Both the position numbers and the translations under genes were made by a program. This document shows positions 25,471 to 28,134 of a DNA stretch of 28,134 nt, piece after piece. Position 1 is the first letter of the stretch, and each line of letters starts with the position of its first letter. The notes below the pieces were generated by a model. The model was not told where the DNA came from, ran no database searches, and saw only the letters and a program-made list of their open reading frames with translations. The DNA comes from Chlamydiales bacterium (GTDB taxonomy: Bacteria; Chlamydiota; Chlamydiia; Chlamydiales; JBDQID01). Location: assembly GCA_047611865.1 (NCBI GenBank), contig JBLFWS010000026.1:1-28134 (forward strand). Reading direction: 5' to 3'.

Positions 25471-27555
25471 ATGGATAATCAAGCGTTTCAACATTATTTA
25501 AAGCAGTCACAACAGTTATCAATCGCGAGTCCCAAGGACAAAAAGAATACCACGGACTTGCTCGACCTTATTGAAGACCATCTTCGAAAATCCCAAGGTA
25601 ACGATACCTATGAGTACTTCTTTAAAGGAGAGAGGGCATTCTATAAACGACAATACAAGCTCTCTCTAAAATATTATTCTATGGCACGCCAAGTACCAAA
25701 TTTTCGTTTTTTTTGTCACAGGGCTACAGTTCACGTCTTTAAAAATGGTGGCCGTGTTGATGAAGCAATAAACTTCGCCTGGAAAGCTCTGGAAATGTTA
25801 CCAACCGACTACTTGACACTGAAAGCACTTGAAAATCTTCTTCGGGATAACCACAAAGAAAATGAAGCACGGTCTGTTCAAGAAACTATCAACAACCTTG
25901 CTACAATTGAAACTTCTAACAAAGGTAGTTTTGAACTTAACGAACCCAGTGATATAGAGTCCACTTCAGAAGAGACCCCCGAAGAGCATACTCCCGTTGC
26001 CTTGTGTAAAAAAGAACTAGATGAGTTAAGTGATCTTTTCAACAATGATGTCGAACTACAAGATGCGGTCCCCCTTGAGGAGGACTCCTTTCTCTTTAAA
26101 TCCCCCGAAAATGAAGAGCAGCCTCCAAAAGATACTGATCCAAAAAATAACTTGCATAAACCTCTTGCGCTTCCAGAATCCACCCCCATAAAATCATTTA
26201 CCGAAATGTTAAATATAGAAAATACAATCCAGACATCTATGACAGAAGATGTTCCTGATGATTATTTAAATACAGAAGAAGCAATTGAAGAACTAAAAAA
26301 ATTAGCTGGTGATGAGCTCACTTCTCCTGTTAGACCCAAAAAGTCCTTCTTTGATAATCCCACTAGTGCTAGCAGCGACATTGAACTTTCTCTAGAAAAG
26401 CGAGTTGAGCAATTTCAACAATTACAATCCCAGCTAATTTCACACTATGTTGAACAGTCGAAACACCGAACAAATCTAAGCCATGACTTTCTTTATATTC
26501 TTAATGGATGGAATTATCAGCAAGAGCGTGATTTCGACTTTCAAAATCAGCAATCAAACCTATCCAGCTTTCTTCTTCCTGAATATCGCAGGAGAACGTG
26601 CGGGGGAATTTACTTAAGATGGAATGGAAAAGGAATAGTGATAAATCCTGGTATGAATTTCCTGGAAAACTTCCACAATCACGGACTTTTCGTTAAAGAC
26701 ATCGATTACGTCATTGTCACCCGAGACAACCCGGATGCATACGCTGACGTCAAGGGAATTTACGACCTAAACTATCAACATAATACTGTTAGCACTAGCC
26801 TTCACATTATAAACTATTACTTAAATCAGAAGGCATTCAACGGTATTGCGACTCTTTTAAAGCCCAACTTCAAGCAAGAAAGAAATACCGTTCACTGTCT
26901 TGATCTATACATAGATTCACCTGATGTCGAAGTCTTAAGTCTCGGAGAAGGGGTATCACTCAGGTATTTCTACACGTCTTCACAGGAACCCTCCAGAGGT
27001 ACTTTAGACTCGGACTTTTCTAATGGGCTAAACCATTCCTGCTTGGGCATACGACTGGAGTTAGAGTTTATATCATCTGATAGCGCTGATAAAAACAAAC
27101 AAATACTGTCATTGGGTTTCGCCTCAGGAGTCCCCTGGTCACCCCTCTTGGCAAGCAATCTTTTGGGATGTGATATCATCATTGCCGGTTTCGAAAAGAC
27201 CAATGTGGATGACTACAGCAAAATCAAACACAATGATGACTGTCTTGGATATTATGGCACATTCTCTTTAGCTAAAGAGGTTCGTCCGCGCTTATTACTT
27301 AGCTGTGAGTACAGTGGAAGAGAAGGCGACATTCGGATGGAAGTTGTCAAAAAAATGCGCGAAGAATTAGCCACTTCTGAAGATGTCGACACAGTGATTC
27401 TCCCCGGAGATACTGGCTTTTACCTTGACCTCAACAATTATAGAATTAAATGTTCTGTAAGTAATACTTTTGTTGATCCAAAACTAATCCGTGTTGCAAA
27501 ATCAACGGAATCTTTTGGTGCTTTAAAGTATCTTGGACCGAGTTGCTTTATCTAA
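25471..27555 (+). CDS. Hypothetical protein: TPR-like N-terminus, acidic low-complexity linker, degenerate metallo-beta-lactamase-fold C-terminal domain
   Basis: TPR-like YFFKGERAFYKRQYKLSLKYY and GRVDEAINFAWKALEMLP; a D/E/S/P-rich linker at roughly aa 145-310; GGIYLRWNGKGIVINPG...IDYVIVTRDNPDAYAD matches MBL motif 1/2 spacing but lacks the His residues. Confidence 0.75.
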   Translation: MDNQAFQHYLKQSQQLSIASPKDKKNTTDLLDLIEDHLRKSQGNDTYEYFFKGERAFYKRQYKLSLKYYSMARQVPNFRFFCHRATVHVFKNGGRVDEAINFAWKALEMLPTDYLTLKALENLLRDNHKENEARSVQETINNLATIETSNKGSFELNEPSDIESTSEETPEEHTPVALCKKELDELSDLFNNDVELQDAVPLEEDSFLFKSPENEEQPPKDTDPKNNLHKPLALPESTPIKSFTEMLNIENTIQTSMTEDVPDDYLNTEEAIEELKKLAGDELTSPVRPKKSFFDNPTSASSDIELSLEKRVEQFQQLQSQLISHYVEQSKHRTNLSHDFLYILNGWNYQQERDFDFQNQQSNLSSFLLPEYRRRTCGGIYLRWNGKGIVINPGMNFLENFHNHGLFVKDIDYVIVTRDNPDAYADVKGIYDLNYQHNTVSTSLHIINYYLNQKAFNGIATLLKPNFKQERNTVHCLDLYIDSPDVEVLSLGEGVSLRYFYTSSQEPSRGTLDSDFSNGLNHSCLGIRLELEFISSDSADKNKQILSLGFASGVPWSPLLASNLLGCDIIIAGFEKTNVDDYSKIKHNDDCLGYYGTFSLAKEVRPRLLLSCEYSGREGDIRMEVVKKMREELATSEDVDTVILPGDTGFYLDLNNYRIKCSVSNTFVDPKLIRVAKSTESFGALKYLGPSCFI

Positions 27556-28007
27556 GGAACTATGTAAAAATAAAATATCCCTTTTGAACTCACCTTATAA
27601 ACTATCTACGCCGTTGCGAATTTACTCCTTGTATCTACTGAACAAGATGTGCTCAAAATAAATACTTTATTCTTTCACAATTCCTAAGGCCAAATGACGG
27701 GTTCTTTGTGTCAAATTATCAAATTATTTTACTTCTATAAGTCTTCAAGTGTAGCAGTAAATCTAAGATCCCGACTTTGAGAAAATTCTTAGGATGTGAA
27801 CTGTTAATACCTTTATGTGCTCAGTCCTATTCTTACGACCTTGTTCTACAATTCATCACTGGCCCAGTGAGATAGGGAAGGTAGACTTCGAGAGTTAATC
27901 GTGTAGAATTCCTCAATTCTTTCATAACTTCTCATTGAGATCACCGTCTCAAAGCTTATTTAACAAGCTCTATTCTTATAGGCATCGTCTCCTCACAGAA
28001 AAAAAAT

Positions 28008-28134
28008 GGTTCATCCGCATCTAGTATCCCTAGAGGCATAGCATTTGCATAGAGATAGACAGTCAAAACCAAAGGGAGGGGTCTATGTCTACTTCTTTGC
28101 TTTATCATGCTTTTGGGGTTTCAGGAGTAAAATA
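28008..28134 (+). mobile_element. Left end of an ISL3-like insertion sequence (partial)
   Basis: Starts with ggttcatccg after an A-rich 8-mer (aaaaaaat) and leads to a transposase-like ORF start at 28085. Confidence 0.65.
28085..28134 (+). CDS. N-terminus of an ISL3-family transposase (partial)
   Basis: SD GGGAGGG, then MSTSLLYHAFGVSGVK..., which I recognise as a common ISL3 transposase N-terminus. Only 16 codons are visible. Confidence 0.7.
   Translation, partial: MSTSLLYHAFGVSGVK

Noticed and set aside
613..27203. Many short ORFs in the track that are antisense or out of frame within long genes (e.g. 3440..3769, 5450..5809, 8280..8801, 13570..13926, 25878..26189)
   Set aside because: They are nested in well-supported genes, show no motifs, and have the composition expected of shadow frames.
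27556..27999. Possible ncRNA or CRISPR-like repeats (ttctaca...tgtagaa, tcactg-gcc-cagtga, tgaga-...-tctca, repeated atgtgctca and ctattctta)
   Set aside because: The stems and repeats are short (5-9 bp) and irregularly spaced, with no array periodicity, no cas genes and no recognisable RNA family.

Overview
AT-rich bacterial chromosome segment, most likely from an environmental member of Chlamydiota. This is inferred from the gene order lpxB-pcnB / glmM-glmS-tyrP-yccA / ftsY / sucC-sucD ... pssA, the membrane-domain-fused LpxB, and rsmH divergent from a CT273/CT274-like pair, all of which I recall from Chlamydia genomes. Most of the window is housekeeping genes. Accessory genes are interspersed: an SPFH protein, a signal-peptide-bearing SAMHD1-like HD hydrolase, two small hypotheticals (one resembling a giant-virus family), an orphan PseC aminotransferase, and a TPR + acidic linker + apparently catalytically dead metallo-beta-lactamase-fold protein. 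There is also a tightly coupled lipid A operon (hydrolase, polyprenyl-P glycosyltransferase, LAB_N-LpxB, DUF374/LpxJ-like acyltransferase). Intergenic DNA holds at least three MITE-like families, a short REP-like palindrome family, and the left end of an ISL3-like IS at the window edge. I saw no rRNA, tRNA or CRISPR array. Family assignments come from motif recognition only; no database searches were run.
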